Shown one piece after another: positions 24,277 to 38,170 of a DNA stretch of 44,596 bases. This stretch comes from Octopus sinensis. Its lineage: Eukaryota. Both the position numbers and the translations under genes were made by a program. Position 1 is the stretch's first letter. The number at the start of each line of letters is the position of its first letter. The notes under the pieces are model-generated. The model was not told the origin of the DNA. It did not search any database and saw nothing but the letters and a program-made list of their open reading frames with translations. The stretch is from the NCBI RefSeq assembly GCF_006345805.1, contig NW_021834878.1, forward strand, positions 1 through 44,596, given 5' to 3'.

Positions 24277-24806
24277 TCTTTCGGTTACATATTTGCAAAT
24301 TTCTGCAATCGTCTTAACTTGAATGGAAAATCCCTTTTAATATGTAAGCGATGTTCATGAATTCTGAAAAGATTGAAATAAAAACCCTCCCAAAAAAACC
24401 ACATATATTCATAAAGAAATACGTATATACTTATGTAATATATACATCCATACACATATGCATATATACTATCATACTAGAACACGCATACATTCAAAAA
24501 TACAAACCGACATATATATATATATATATATACATACATACATATATGCACTGTTTTACGTATGCATGCATATTTTTAATTCATAGTTCTTTACAAGCAG
24601 ACATATATATACGTGTAGATATTTACATGCATGCCTCGATATCGACGTATATACGTGCCTGCCGAGCTCATGTTCTTTGAATTCCAATTAAAGATCTTTC
24701 TTTGTGGATTAGAAACCAGTTCTTTCTATTTGTAGAATATGATGAGAACATACATACATACATACTCACTCACACATACACATACATATGTGTATATATA
24801 TGTATA

Positions 24807-24837
<31 letters not shown>

Positions 24838-26056
24838 GTGTGCATACATACATAGATGCATACGTACATACACATGCAATAAAACATATATATATATATA
24901 GGTCTGCATATATAAACATATACATGGATACATCCATGCATACATGTATCCAGCTATCCAGCCATACATACATACATACATACATACACACACTCACATT
25001 CATGCGTACATGCGTACATGCATACATACATACATACATACACACACTCACATACATGCGTACATGCGTACATGCATACATACATACAAACATACATACA
25101 TACATACATGCTGACATACATTCACATGTTCATACAGATGCACATACATACATACATAATACATACATACATACTTACATACTTACATACATACATACGT
25201 ACATACGTACATACGTACATACATACATACATACATACATACATACTACATACATACATACAACATACATACATACATACATACAAACACATACATTATT
25301 AATGCGGCGCCTATATGCATATTAGGAAAAGAAGAAAAGCTGCGTTCCGTTTTCAGCATAAACATGGATTACTTTCAAAGCCGTTGCCTGGCTACATGAT
25401 GAAAAGCAATATGGACGCCATTAAAGTTAATAACTAAACCAGCGACATTTATTACATGTGACATTTATTATCAACTATCATTTGTACCATTATAATTTGA
25501 AAGAAAGAAAGAAAAAATATGTTCTGGCTTTTATTAATCTTGTTTTAATTCATTTCAAGCATTTTCTGTCTTATTTTCTGCTATTCCAATTAATAATTCA
25601 AAATTTTGCTGCTGAAGTAATATTTATTTGATTTGTTATTTTTCATCAAAAACATCTTTTAAGATTTTTATCGCTTTCTTTCGCTGATATATTTGTATTA
25701 TATTTTTCGTTTTCCAGAAGGATTTAAACACAGATAAATGTAATGATGGATAAGAAGAGAAGAAGAGGGCTTTTATAATCCTTTTTTTTATGAATTTATT
25801 TAAATATAAATATCTAAATATGCAAAGGGAATTGGTTATGCGGTTATGAAGTTTCCTTTGCTATCATTTGGTTCTGGTTTCTATTTCAATGAATGGCAGT
25901 TTGAACGGGGGTTCCATACTGTGGCCCTGTGTGAGGAATTCGGCTACCGGAAAACTTTGTGTTTTTCTCTGTACATAAACACACTCACAAATGTAGATTC
26001 CTATATATGTATATATACATATACACATACATACATATATATATGTATATACATAC

Positions 26057-26100
<44 letters not shown>

Positions 26101-26289
26101 TATATATAGATATATATATATATACGATATAGTGTATATTTATACACTATATCGTATGACTAATATATAGTCTTCTTGACTAATTTTTTTTGCACGTTAG
26201 ACTACTGGAAATGTAAATTTTGATTGAATGTTTTAATTTTAATTAAATTCCATTTCCCTTTGACATGATTAAATACTATATATATAAAA

Positions 26290-26361
<72 letters not shown>

Positions 26362-26916
26362 CATATATCTGTATGTGTATATATAAATATATATATACAT
26401 ATATATATATGTATAATATATACATATTTTTGTATATATATGTATATATATATGCATATATATATACATACATGAATACATACATACACACGTACATACA
26501 TACACACGTACAAACATACACACGTACTTGCATACACACGTACATACATATATACATACATATATGGTTTGTAATTTTGCACGAGGCTAGCAATTAACAG
26601 GACAGTTGTTTAGTTTATACCACGAACCCTACTAATTCATTGGTACTTTAATTTATCGAACCTGAAGGAATAAAATGCAACCGTATCCTTGACGGGATTT
26701 GAACTCAAAACGTAGCAAGCCGATTCTTTCGATTAAACTTTCCAACGCGGTGCGCCAGCATGGCTGCAGTCCAATGACTGAAACATGTAAAAGATAAATG
26801 ACTAAAGATATATGTGTGTATGTTCATTCATGTGATTATGAATAATCACTTCTCTGATGCACATATCTATACATACAAGAAGTAAACACTTGGCAATCTT
26901 TATACATACATACTAA

Positions 26917-27109
26917 TCTATTATATAAAATCCGTTCTGTCTGTGCGTGTGTCTTCTAGGATCTCGGGCATCCTCCATCCGATGGCGCTCAAATCTGATA
27001 CGTAGATACCGACGGTATCAGAGTGTGTATAAGTCTTCAAAAAATTACAAAAATCGATTCCAGGTGAGAATGCGATCGATAAAGCCATGGGAACGTGCAT
27101 TTGTACTAG
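26917..27109 (+). mobile_element. Possible short Helitron-like element
   Basis: Starts A^TCTATTATATAAAATCCGTTCTGTCTGTGCG, like the other Helitron 5' ends, and has CTAG at 27106-09. The hairpin is poor and no T follows. Confidence 0.4.
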
Positions 27110-27304
27110 CAAGTACATCAGTCGAAATCCGTCTTTTGCTGGTGTCTCAAATTTAGGCTAAATCAGTGTTTCTCAAAGGGGAGGCCTATGGGACGGTCGG
27201 ACAAGTTGTTTTGAGAAAATTTGGTTTAAATGTTTGACAACTCAGCACCGCCCATTGGACGGGGGGCATTTTACTCGTATACTATATGTGTGGACACATG
27301 TATT

Positions 27305-27610
27305 TTAGTCATTAGAGTGCGACCATACTACAGTATCCCTTTGAAAGGTTTAGTCGAATAAATCGCCTTTATTCGAACAAATCGAGCCCAGGACTTATTC
27401 TTTGTAGGCTTAGTACTTATTCTATCGGATTATTTTGCCGAACCGCTAAGTTATAGGGACTTAAACAGACCAACATCGGTTGTCAAGTGATTTTGGGGTG
27501 ATAAACAGACACACAATACACACACACACGTCGACGAAATCCACACACAAGGCTTTTGTCGGTCCTAGGCTATAGTAGAAGACACTTGCCCAAGGTGCCA
27601 CGTAGTGGAT
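27305..27610 (-). mobile_element. SINE family A, partial
   Basis: 3' module plus part of the head module, with internal (CA)n. Confidence 0.75.
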
Positions 27611-27914
27611 CGTGTGTGTGTGTGTGAGAGAGAGAGAAAGGGAGAGAGGGAGTGAGAGAGAGTATAGATATGTATGTGTGGTGTTTCTTAATAAAACTGG
27701 TTACTTGTTTTCCTCAACTGAGTGAAGTGGAGCAAAAGCGAAATGATGTATTCTGCTCAAGAATACAACGCGTTACCCAGTTTCGAAACCATAATCTTCC
27801 GATCATGAACCGAACACCTTAACCACTAGGACACATACATTCGCACACACATACGCTATACGTATAACCATAAATGTATACGTGTATTTATGTATATATA
27901 TATATATATATATA

Positions 27915-28227
27915 TACATGTACATATTTAGGGATAAACTACTAGGGGGATAACCAATACTCTAGAAGAAGATCACATACGATTTAACTACAAAGGAAAG
28001 AATGTTCTCCAGCGAATGAATGTTTCTCTGGAGAACATTCTTTTCTTTGTAGTTAAATCGTATATGATCTTCTTCTAGCATATTGGTTATCCACATAGTG
28101 GTTTATCCCTAAATATACACATGTATTGAATCTTTTCTGATTTTTCAGATTTTTATACGCTAGGCTACTAGTTTTAAATTGATATTAATTAAATTAATAT
28201 TCAATTTATCTCCCTCATTATTTAAAT

Positions 28228-28230
<3 letters not shown>
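27915..28230 (+). mobile_element. Repeat with ~98-bp inverted 5' duplication and (TA)n tail, copy 2
   Basis: Arms about 27915-28012 and 28028-28125 (imperfect, ~15-nt spacer), followed by the tail homologous to 23005-23107. Confidence 0.7.
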
Positions 28231-28279
<49 letters not shown>

Positions 28280-29459
28280 TGTGTTTATGCGTGCGTGAGC
28301 GTGTGTATGTGTGCGTTTGTGTGTATGGGCGTGTGCACGCGTTTCTGAATGTATGTATATGTTTGTTTATAATCCTATATACGCAGTGCAGTATTAGTTA
28401 TTCTACTGGATACAAAATTTAGTCTTAAAATGTATACATCAGCGACATCAGTGCATATAGGAAATATAAAATCAATAACGTATTGGCTGTGTTCTTTCCA
28501 GGGGAAAATCTTTCTAAGATTTGTGTCTCCGTTGAGCTTCGTAATTCTCGGAAAATAAAAAAAAAACGACAAACTAAAACAAATAAAGAAAAAAATAAGG
28601 GAAAAACATATAAAACAGCGCTAACAGAACAACGACTTCTCAACGTGAGATTGCTATCGGAATGTCATTAAAATCCACGGTTAGTTTTCGAGGAAGTTTT
28701 CAACGGATGACCGCCGGCAGAATTTTTTAAATCTCATCATTCATATAATTTATAGATATGCTGAGAAAGCTTAGGTAAGACATTTTCTAGAAAATTTGTC
28801 GAGTCATTTTGAAACTGTTGTTTGTGTTTTTGTGTACAGAATTTTTACGAAAACGAAGGAGAAATCAGATTTAGTTCTCGCAGGAAATCGTCAAATGTCA
28901 AAGATGGCTGCCAAGCCTGCTAAATGATACCGTGTAACATGGGTTTTGTCCTTAGGCAGTAACTGTTATTTCGTATTTGCTTACCCCTAGAAAGTACGGA
29001 AAACAGCTAATATTTCCTTCTAACTTTGCTTTTGTTACATTTACTCAAATCCCAAAGAATCCCTTTCAACACATAGCTATGATGCACCCCAAACTACTCC
29101 TGCTCACGATCAGAGATGGACATATTGTTAGCCACTAAGGGACATGCTCAAGTGGTTAGGGTCAAGTAACTGACTAGCAAAGCTGTGATATTGAGCAGAA
29201 TATTTGCTATAACGATATTTCTGCTTCAGCAACTCAGCACTGAATCTGTAATGGAAAGTAGGTCGGTTTCAAAGCAGTGATGTCCAGTCGAAAAAAGCAA
29301 AGTTTGAAGGGGATAGTGGTCATTTCCTTTGATTTCTAGATACAAGCTAATATGAAATAACATTTACTGACCATAGACAAAAAACAAATAAAAATTTTGT
29401 TACATAGTAATACGCGTTCGTATATAAACGATGAACTAAACTATAATACGAGATATGGA

Positions 29460-29830
29460 CGTATGGCTGTGGGCTTAAGAAGTTCGCCTTGTAACCACAT
29501 CATTTCAGGTTCAGTCCCACTACTCGGCACCATGGGCATTTGTTTCCTACCTTGACTTCAGCCGACGAATGACATGTGCGGGAATTTGATAGACAGAAAC
29601 TGTGCGGAAGCCCGTCGTATACAGAGCTATGCGTACGTGGGTATGAAGTGTGTGCCTGTGTGTGCGTGCGTATGTGTGTTTCTCCCCTCACAATGCTTGA
29701 GAATCGGTGTTGGTTTATTCACGTCCCCACAATTTAGCGATTCGGCAAAAGAGTTCGGTAGGGTAAGCACCAAACATAAAGGTAAGTACTGGGGTATATT
29801 TGTTCGACTAAATCCTTCAAGATAGTGCCC
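29460..29830 (+). mobile_element. SINE family A, diverged copy
   Basis: TGGCTGTGGGCTTAAG...GGTTCAGTCCCACT head and ...AGCGATTCGGCAAAAGAG... 3' module. Confidence 0.7.
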
Positions 29831-29924
29831 CAGCATGGGCAGAATCCAGTCACTAACAATAAAAGCTAGAATCCGCATATATCAGCTCATAAATTCTACT
29901 ATTGCCGTTGTTACTGTTTATCTA

Positions 29925-30910
29925 CAGATTAGCTCTGACAGAAAAGATGTCTAGGCACAAGGTTCAAAATTTTGGAGGAGGATGCCAGTTGATTAGATGA
30001 GCCCCAGTACGCAACTGGTACTTAATTTATCGACCCCCCAATAGAATGAAAGGCAAAGTCGGTCTCGGCGGAATTTGAACTCAGAACGACTGGAATATAT
30101 TTTTGATATAATTAGAATTAAAACCTATTTTATCAACTAATTTTTATCATATATTTGTTTCAGTCATTGGCTGTGGTCATGCTGAAGCTCTGCTTTGAAG
30201 AGTATTTTTATTGAATGAATCGACCCCACCCCCATACATGTTTCGTTTTTAAGCCTGATGCTTATTCTATTAAGGACAGACGAAATACATATTTCTTTAC
30301 TACCCACAAGGGGTTAAACACATAGGGGACAAACAAGGACAGACAAACGGATTGAGTTGATTATATCGACCCCAGTGCGTAACTGGTACTTATTTAATCG
30401 ACCCCGAAAGGATGAAAGGCAAAGTTGACCTCGGCGGAATTTGAACTCACAACGTAGTAGCAGACAAAATACCTATTTCTTTACTACTCACAAGGGGCTA
30501 AACACAGAGAGGACAAACAAGAACAGACAAACAGATTAAGTCTATTATATCGACCCCAGTGCGTTACTGGTACTTATTTAATCGACCCCCAAAAATATGA
30601 AAAGCAAAGTCGACCTCGGCGGAATTCGAACTCAGAACGTTAAGACAGGCGAAATAGGCCTTAAAAAACAAAAACAAACACAAAATTACTAACAATGGTT
30701 TCAAATTTTGTACAACGCTAAGAAGCTCGTGGGTGAGGGTAAATCGATTTTATCGACCCTAGTGCTCAGCTGGTACTTATTTTATCGACCCTGAAAGGAT
30801 TAGAGGCAAACTCGACCCCAGCAGAATTTGAACTCGGAACTTAGAGACGGAAGAAATGCCACTAAGCATTTTGTCCGGCGTACTAAGTATTCTGGCAGCT
30901 CACCGCCTTC
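29925..30910 (-). mobile_element. Cluster of four family B SINE cores, two of them as head-to-tail ~185-bp units
   Basis: The marker CAG(A/G)C(G/A)AAATA recurs at 30277, 30461 and 30646; extra cores lie at about 29990-30090 and 30740-30910. Confidence 0.85.
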
Positions 30911-31558
30911 AAAGATAAGAACAAAGGCAAAAATAATAATACTGCACTTGGAAGTCTTTCTAATTCTGTGCAAGAACTAAACGTTTTGAATTTTTCCTTT
31001 CGTCTACAAATGAAAAAATGAAGGAATTAGCCGATACCACTTGAACTGCAGAGAGTCGCTAATCTCGCTGTTCACCAGATTTCTCTGGTATTCCCGTGTC
31101 GCATTTTCTTAATTTGGTATTTAGTTTATTCTTGCTAAAAATTCCTTAGTTTTGCTACATGCATCTCTCTTATGAAGGCAATAAAATATACGTAACAGTA
31201 AAATCCTGATTCAGGTTATTTGGTTAGTTACGTTTACGAAAATCAGAAGCTAAGAGCACTAAAGCCGAGGTAAAATAAATTATTCAATCTTATGCACATA
31301 CGGAGAAAATGTGTATCGGTTCGAGCGATATTAATAAATTTATTACGTTGGTTCTACTCATACTGGACAAAATCGAACAGAAAATATCGGGTGTTCCAAA
31401 TAAGATTTAGCGATATGTCTATAAATTCTTTATTTATGTTCACTACAAATGCCCGATTCCATAAACATTGAATCATTTACCGAACTTTCTGCTTCTCCTT
31501 CTGCAAGTGAACTGCAATAATTGAGAACTTGTCTGAAATGCATAAATGCATAACTCAC

Positions 31559-31614
31559 ATCCCGAACATGAAACTGTTCTGCATAAACATTTAAATAACA
31601 TTCGGATATTGGAC
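31559..31614 (-). CDS. Candidate 56-nt exon (GPISECYLNVYAEQFHVRD if phase 1 to 0)
   Basis: gataattctttaaacAG|GTCCAATATCC...GTTCGGGAT|GTGAGT; in unique sequence; a second frame is also open. Confidence 0.3.
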
Positions 31615-31979
31615 CTGTTTAAAGAATTATCCTGTCCTAAAGATTCCACAGGAATGACTTAGTATAATTCAAAGAAGAAACTTTCGAACTCTTGTTGCTA
31701 CATTTTGCCCCCCGATCTCCACCGCAACATCTGTAAACGGTAAATGTATGTATATTGTGGACGCAGTGCGTAATTCATTTCTGTGTCATACCATTTTACT
31801 TTATCGACTAGAATAATTTTCATTGTGTATGCGTATACATACATAGAATACAAACACACATATATATGTATGTATGTATATATACATATATATCTATATA
31901 TATACATACTATATATACATATACATACATATATATACATATACATACATATATATATATATATGTGTGTGTGTGTGTA

Positions 31980-32029
<50 letters not shown>

Positions 32030-32154
32030 TGAGAAAGTTGATGTGTGAAAGCACGTGGTTTTTCACTTTTTACTATTTTTATATATATATATATATATAC
32101 ATATAGATATATATGCACATATAGAGTACACTTTACAAACAGCAGCTCACTTAC

Positions 32155-32160
32155 CGTATG
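32155..32160 (-). CDS. Candidate 6-nt microexon CATACG
   Basis: caatttcattcttattttggaatAG|CATACG|GTAAGTGAG. Confidence 0.25.
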
Positions 32161-32317
32161 CTATTCCAAAATAAGAATGAAATTGTGCTTATAAATTTGT
32201 GAGCCACAGATTTCTAGTTCGTAGCTGATGTCACGAAAGAGCGTAGAAAAGTATCCGTCCTTAAGTCCAGCGAAATCATTCTCAGCCATAAATGTGATAT
32301 GACACGTGTCACTGAAG

Positions 32318-32570
32318 GTACATGGCTCAGTGGTTAGAGCGCCGAGTTCAGAATCGTGAGGCAGTGAATGCCATCCCCGGACCAGGCTGTGTTGTGTTCT
32401 TGACAAGGTATTTATTTCACATTGCTTCGGGTCATTCATCTGTGGAAATTAGTTGCGACGTCACTGGCACCAACTCTACCGGAGTTTGTCTTTCCCGGTG
32501 GCATGAGGAGGAGAGGCTGGTATGCATGGGTGACTGCTTTTCTTCCATAAACAACCTTGCCCGGAGACTA
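32318..32570 (+). mobile_element. Third tRNA-headed SINE-like element
   Basis: A-box TGGCTCAGTGGTTAGAGCG with a degenerate B-box region, then a body with CACATTGCTTC; no complete cloverleaf. Confidence 0.6.
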
Positions 32571-32853
32571 TATATATACTTGTTGCTTATTTTGTTATAT
32601 ATATATGTGTGTATATATATATAATACACACATACACAAGCATATATATATATATATACATTTGCATACATACAGATACAGAAACACAAACATCGGAAGC
32701 ACAAGCACAACGGGGCGTAACTATTGTATTCTGAATACTTACGAATGTCTAACGAGCGCTCAACAGAAGCTCTGAGTAAATGTTTGTGTCCTCTTTTCAA
32801 GTTACAATACAATTCACTAATAGATTTTATGTATAATATATATATATATATAT

Positions 32854-32884
<31 letters not shown>

Positions 32885-32890
32885 ATATAG

Positions 32891-32921
<31 letters not shown>

Positions 32922-33205
32922 ATAATATATATATATATTATATACATACATACATATATACATTTGTACTCATGTATACATATATATAGATACCGCGCAT
33001 ACGTTTGCACACACACACCACACACACACACACGCAAATATATGTGCTTTGATGTATGGATATGCCGTGGGTGGCCTATAAAATTTGAATAGTCGTATGT
33101 CGTTAGTGAGTAGAAAGAAAAGTTATTGTAATGTTACATAGTCATAAATATGATGTCTCACTTTCAGCTTTGGAAACTAGTGTTAATCTTATTATTTATG
33201 GCGCT

Positions 33206-33269
<64 letters not shown>

Positions 33270-34109
33270 GTATGTATATATGTCAAGTGTTCCTTTCAAA
33301 ATGAATTTTGGTTGATCTTAGAAAACATAAATAAATGTGAATAAAGATAAGTAATCCTGCGAGGGGTTTATATTTATAGTTGCAAGTGTTGCTATCTTCT
33401 GGAACTGGCCAGTCTCTTCTTGTAAGTTATCTTTTAAAAATATTCCTTAAACTATAAAGGTGATGGATTAGCAGAAGTCTTTGAGCTTCAGAAACAACAA
33501 CAAAAATGTGAATGCTTTTGCTCTCGTTATGTTCTGTATTCAAATCACGCTGTAGTTACCTTTGAAACTTTGCCTTTCGTCGTTTCGTGGACGAGAAAGT
33601 AAAGTATTACTTAAATACTGGCAGCAATACTATCGACTCGCCCATGTTCTCTTATGTAATGGTGGTCGTGTTGATTATAGTGGTACTAGTGAGGATGTTA
33701 GTTGTGGTAGTGATTGTAGTAGAGGTAGTAGTGTTTGTAGTGGTGGTGGTGGTGGTGGTGGTGGTGGTGGTGGTTTTAGTGGTGATTATTTTTGAGGTCG
33801 TCGTAGTGGTAGTTGTAGTACTACATGCTGGTGATGGTGGTGGTAATGGTGGTGATGACGGTGAGAGTGGTGGTGATGGTGGAGGCGTTAATAATGGGGC
33901 TGGTGGCGGTGGTTGTATCAGTGATGGTGTTGGTGACCGTCGTAGTGAAGGCTCTGGCTGAAGTGGCGACAAACAGGCACAAAAACACACACACACATAG
34001 ATATATGAAAGTTTCTCATTAAATACAAGATTTCCCATTCATACAGTAACTTGTCCCACCACCACTATCAATACCACAGCCAGTACTATCATAGGCAAAC
34101 ACCACCACA

Positions 34110-34610
34110 AACAGTTCCAACACTGCAAACACCTCCACCACTGCAAACACCACCACCACCGAAAACACCACCAACACCGCAAACAACACCACCACCGAAA
34201 ACACTACTACCACCACTGCAAACACCACCACCGAAAACACTACTACCACCACTACAAACACCACCACCGAAAACACTACTACCACCACTACAAACACCAC
34301 CACCGAAAACACTACTACCACCACTGCAAACACCACCACCGAAAACACTACTACCACCACTGCAAACACACCACCGAAAACACTACTACCACACTGCAAA
34401 CACCACCACCGAAAACACTACTACACCACTGCAACACCACCACCGAAAACACTACTAACACCACTGCAAACACCACCACCGAAAACACTACTACACCACT
34501 GCAAACACCACCACCGAAAACACTACTACCACCACTGCAAACACCACCACCACCGAAAACACTACTACACCACTGCAACACCACCACCGAAAACACCACC
34601 ACCACCACCT
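34110..34610. repeat. 36-bp minisatellite AAACACCACCACCGAAAACACTACTACCACCACTGC within an (ACC)/(GGT)-rich zone (33660-34710)
   Basis: 12-aa periodicity in the ORF track (TPPPKTLLPPLQ); later units carry indels that shift the frame. Confidence 0.9.
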
Positions 34611-35069
34611 CCGCAAGCACCATCACCACCACCACCACCACCACCACCTCCGCAAGCACCATCACCACCACCACCACCTCCGCAAGCACCATCACCACCA
34701 CCACCACCACCGCTACTTGAAATGCCATACAGTAGTAGCAATGTAACGAAACTGGATGATGGCTAATTAGTGCAAACCGCTAAACAATTAGCAATGCTTG
34801 TTAATGGGGAAACTACAAAGACACCGAGAGTTACACGTTGAAAAGAAAATGGTGGCTAAAATAATTTTTAGAAAGATTTTGTTTAATGAAGTAAATTGGA
34901 GTGACATAGTAAAACAAAATGGCTGCCAAATAATTAAAAATATTGCTTAGTTTTATTGAAGAAGTATGGTGGAAATATTCTGACAAATTTTGGATAAATA
35001 AGACGTTGCACGAATAGGAATTGTTTTTGTTAGTGGTGGTGTTACGGCTGCTGCTGCTGCTGCTGTTGC

Positions 35070-35113
<44 letters not shown>

Positions 35114-35202
35114 TTGCTGTTGCTGTTGGCTAGTATTCCGCGATGTTAACTACTACGCCATGTGCCCGGCAATGAGAACCCAGGTTCGAAATTTCCCCCA
35201 AA

Positions 35203-35248
35203 GACACCTGATGAAGGGTGGAGGATAAATCAGCCGAAACGTTGTGTT
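35203..35248 (+). ncRNA. Minimal type-I hammerhead motif H4 in a ~150-bp element (about 35155-35300)
   Basis: GACAC-CTGATGA-A-GGGTG(GAGGATAAAT)CAGCC-GAAA-CG-TT-GTGTT: 5-bp stem I, intact CUGAUGA core, stem II with one G-G mismatch. Confidence 0.65.
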
Positions 35249-35702
35249 AACAACAAACAAGATGAGGACAAATATCCGTCAAATATAAATAATATAAATA
35301 ATAATATTCTGACAATGTTCCAGTTTTCAGATAGAGCCCCGATGGTAAAATTTAATTCTATGGCAAATGTAATAATTCAGCAGAAACCAAAACGAAATAG
35401 AACTATGCGATTTCTGCAATGTGAAGTTAGAATAAGCAGCGGACACGAGGTTAAACCAAACATTGCCTTGAATAATGACGAAACAATCGCTCGTCAGAAC
35501 TGTCTGAAGAAATCTAGCATTTATTAGATTAAGTTGCGTCTCAAAATTCCAAAAGCACTTCTACGATATAATTATAGAAACCAACGAGGAGTGTTCCTTC
35601 CCTGTTGGCAAGAAATCTTGAAATAAACTGAATAATGACATACATACAAACATACATACATTCATACATACATACACACATACATACATATAAATATTAA
35701 AA

Positions 35703-35840
35703 CGACGGGCTTCTTTTAGTTTCTGTCTACGAAGTCCTTCATAAAGCTTTGGTCGGCTCGAGGCTTTAGTAAAAGATGGCTTTTACCCAAAATGCCACGC
35801 AGCTAGATTGAACGCGGAACGATGTGGTTCGAAATCAAAT
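35703..35840 (-). mobile_element. SINE family A, head module, diverged
   Basis: ACGACGGGCTTCTTTTAGTTTC...GCTTTGGTCGGCTCGAGGCT matches the reverse complement of the family A body. Confidence 0.7.
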
Positions 35841-37344
35841 TGGTACCACACAACCATGCTGCTATTTCTAACAAAACCGCCAACCATATAAGAAATTTCC
35901 ACAGTCACTTCTTTCCACTTTGGTATTCCTAAGATATCACAATCTATCGAAGGAAAAATAATTTAAAATTCCTCAATAGTTAAAAGTTTATGCCATAATG
36001 GTTCGGTAACATATTACGTTAATATATTCTATGTTTTAGTATAATTGGTAATTCCAGAAACTCTAGAGAACTACTTGTCGCAATTAAACTTTTCTATACG
36101 CTCTGGGATTAATTCAAGTGAACATGCTACGTATAAAATTCTCGCTGAGGTTAACTTAGTTTTGATTTTAAATTCTCCATTTTGGTTTATAGCAGACAAT
36201 AAAAAATACTAATGTTTAAACTAGTCTCCTGTGTAGAATTCTTTAAATATATTTATTTACCCATACAACTTACTAGAAATAGATATTCTGTTGAGCTTTC
36301 GTTTTATTTTAATTAGATTTTTTGTTGATGTTAGTGTGTACGCATGTGTTAACTGCTGTAAATATTCATCTGTATATGAGTGTATATATAGATTTATACG
36401 TACGCATTTTATACTTTATACATAAATATACATATTTTTACGGATATGTCTGATTCATTATTCTCTTCTGTAATTCTCCCTTGCTCCTCCCCGTCCCTGT
36501 CTGTGTGTCTCTGCGTCTGTCTGTCTCTGTCTGTGTGTGTGTGTGTGTGTGTGTGGTGTTATATATATATATATATGCATATTAAATATGTATGTGTGTG
36601 TGTGTGGTATATATATATATATATATATATAATATAATATATATATATATATATATGCATTTATAAATATGTATGTGTGTGGTGTTGTGTTAAAAATATA
36701 CAACATACAGACATATGTGCGAACATTCAAGCTACATAGACGTACATACACATGTACGTTCCATCAGGCAGGTATTCTGAGATGCCAAAAGCCTCCATTA
36801 AATCGGAAAATTTTACTACTCTACGCCACGTATTGAATACATTTTTGCCCTGATTGTATGCAGCGACATGCGCTCAATATATGTGTGTGTATGTGTGTGT
36901 GTTTGTGTGAGTTTTTTGGTGTGTAGTATGTATGTATATATATACATAATATATATATTACATATATATATTATATCTATATATATATATATATATAAAT
37001 TTATATATATATATGTTTGTATGTATGTTTGTCTATATCGAGGGGGTAGAGAGATAGGAGAAGACAGAGAGTAGGAGGGAGCTAGAGGGAGGGTGAGAGC
37101 GAGGTTGAATGCAGTTTAAACTGAAATGCACAAGAAATATATGATGACCGAATGAAATGAGTAAATATCGATTTTGCTGACAGTAACTGAGGAATGGAAA
37201 AAGAATACAAACCCACCAACACAACACACACACATACACACATATAAATATATATGTATGTATGTATGTATATACACACAGGTGAAAGTGTTCCTTGAAG
37301 ACTCTTGATCGATCTCAGTGGGGGAACCTACATAATTCTTTTAC

Positions 37345-37515
37345 CTATAGAGTTCCAAGTTTTCTTGAATATTTTCATAAACTTAGGATTAAAATCATCG
37401 AAGTCTTTTGTGTCAGTGAGTTGAAAAGAAGGGCTGAGCCCATGGCAATGTGGAGAGGTTCCAAGACCGATGAAGAAAAGAGATGTTATGATTATATGGG
37501 AGACTTCGTTCAAAT
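37345..37515 (-). CDS. Candidate exon, 171 nt (or 60 nt from the acceptor at 37404), phase 1 to 1
   Basis: ctcctctgttggaaAG|AT TTG AAC...TCT ATA G|GTAAAA encodes LNEVSHIIITSLFFIGLGTSPHCHGLSPSFQLTDTKDFDDFNPKFMKIFKKTWNSI. The opposite strand also has an 82-aa ORF, so strand is uncertain. Confidence 0.22.
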
Positions 37516-37722
37516 CTTTCCAACAGAGGAGATAATATTTTAACGGTTCCCTTAAGGAAGTTCATGATTCTAAATGAGGTGAAGGATTGAGCCATCGATA
37601 TAGTTATTCATTAGCCAAATAACCGATTAATTTAACTTCATTTAGAGTATTGAGTACTTTGACTTTAACAACGGTTCCCTCAGTTGTTGCACCAGTACAC
37701 ATATGTATGTGTGTGAGTATAT

Positions 37723-37764
<42 letters not shown>

Positions 37765-37837
37765 TATATATATACATACATACATATATATCCACAAAAA
37801 TATATGTGTTTGTGTGTTTGTGTGTCTGTGTGTGTAT

Positions 37838-38170
37838 GCACCGCCATTTAGTCGAAGATATCGGCCCCAGGACTTACAAGCTTAGTACTTACACTATGGG
37901 TCTATTTTGCCGAACCGCTAAGTTACCGGAACATAAACACGTAACCATCGGTTGTCAAATGGCTGCGGGGGGACAAACACACACACACACACACCAATTA
38001 TACATATATATAGATATGATATATTCTGCTAAAAATATGGCATATGTATGTTTATGTGCCCATAGCGGTTCGGCAAAAAATCGATAGAATAAGTCGTAAG
38101 CTTACAAATAATAAGTCCTGGGATCGATTTCTCGACTATCGATTTCAAATGACTGAAACAAGTAAAAAAT
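37838..38170. mobile_element. Two family A SINE 3' modules in inverted arrangement
   Basis: Minus copy at about 37838-37985 and plus copy at about 38060-38170. Confidence 0.7.

Noticed and set aside
27164-27177. CAGTGTTTCTCAAA, a Charlie-type hAT terminal sequence
   Set aside because: No matching opposite terminus or 8-bp TSD was found.
34040-34720. Thr-rich mucin-like reading (TTTENTTTTTAN)n of the 36-bp minisatellite
   Set aside because: Several units carry indels that are not multiples of three and shift the frame; no splice sites or start were found.
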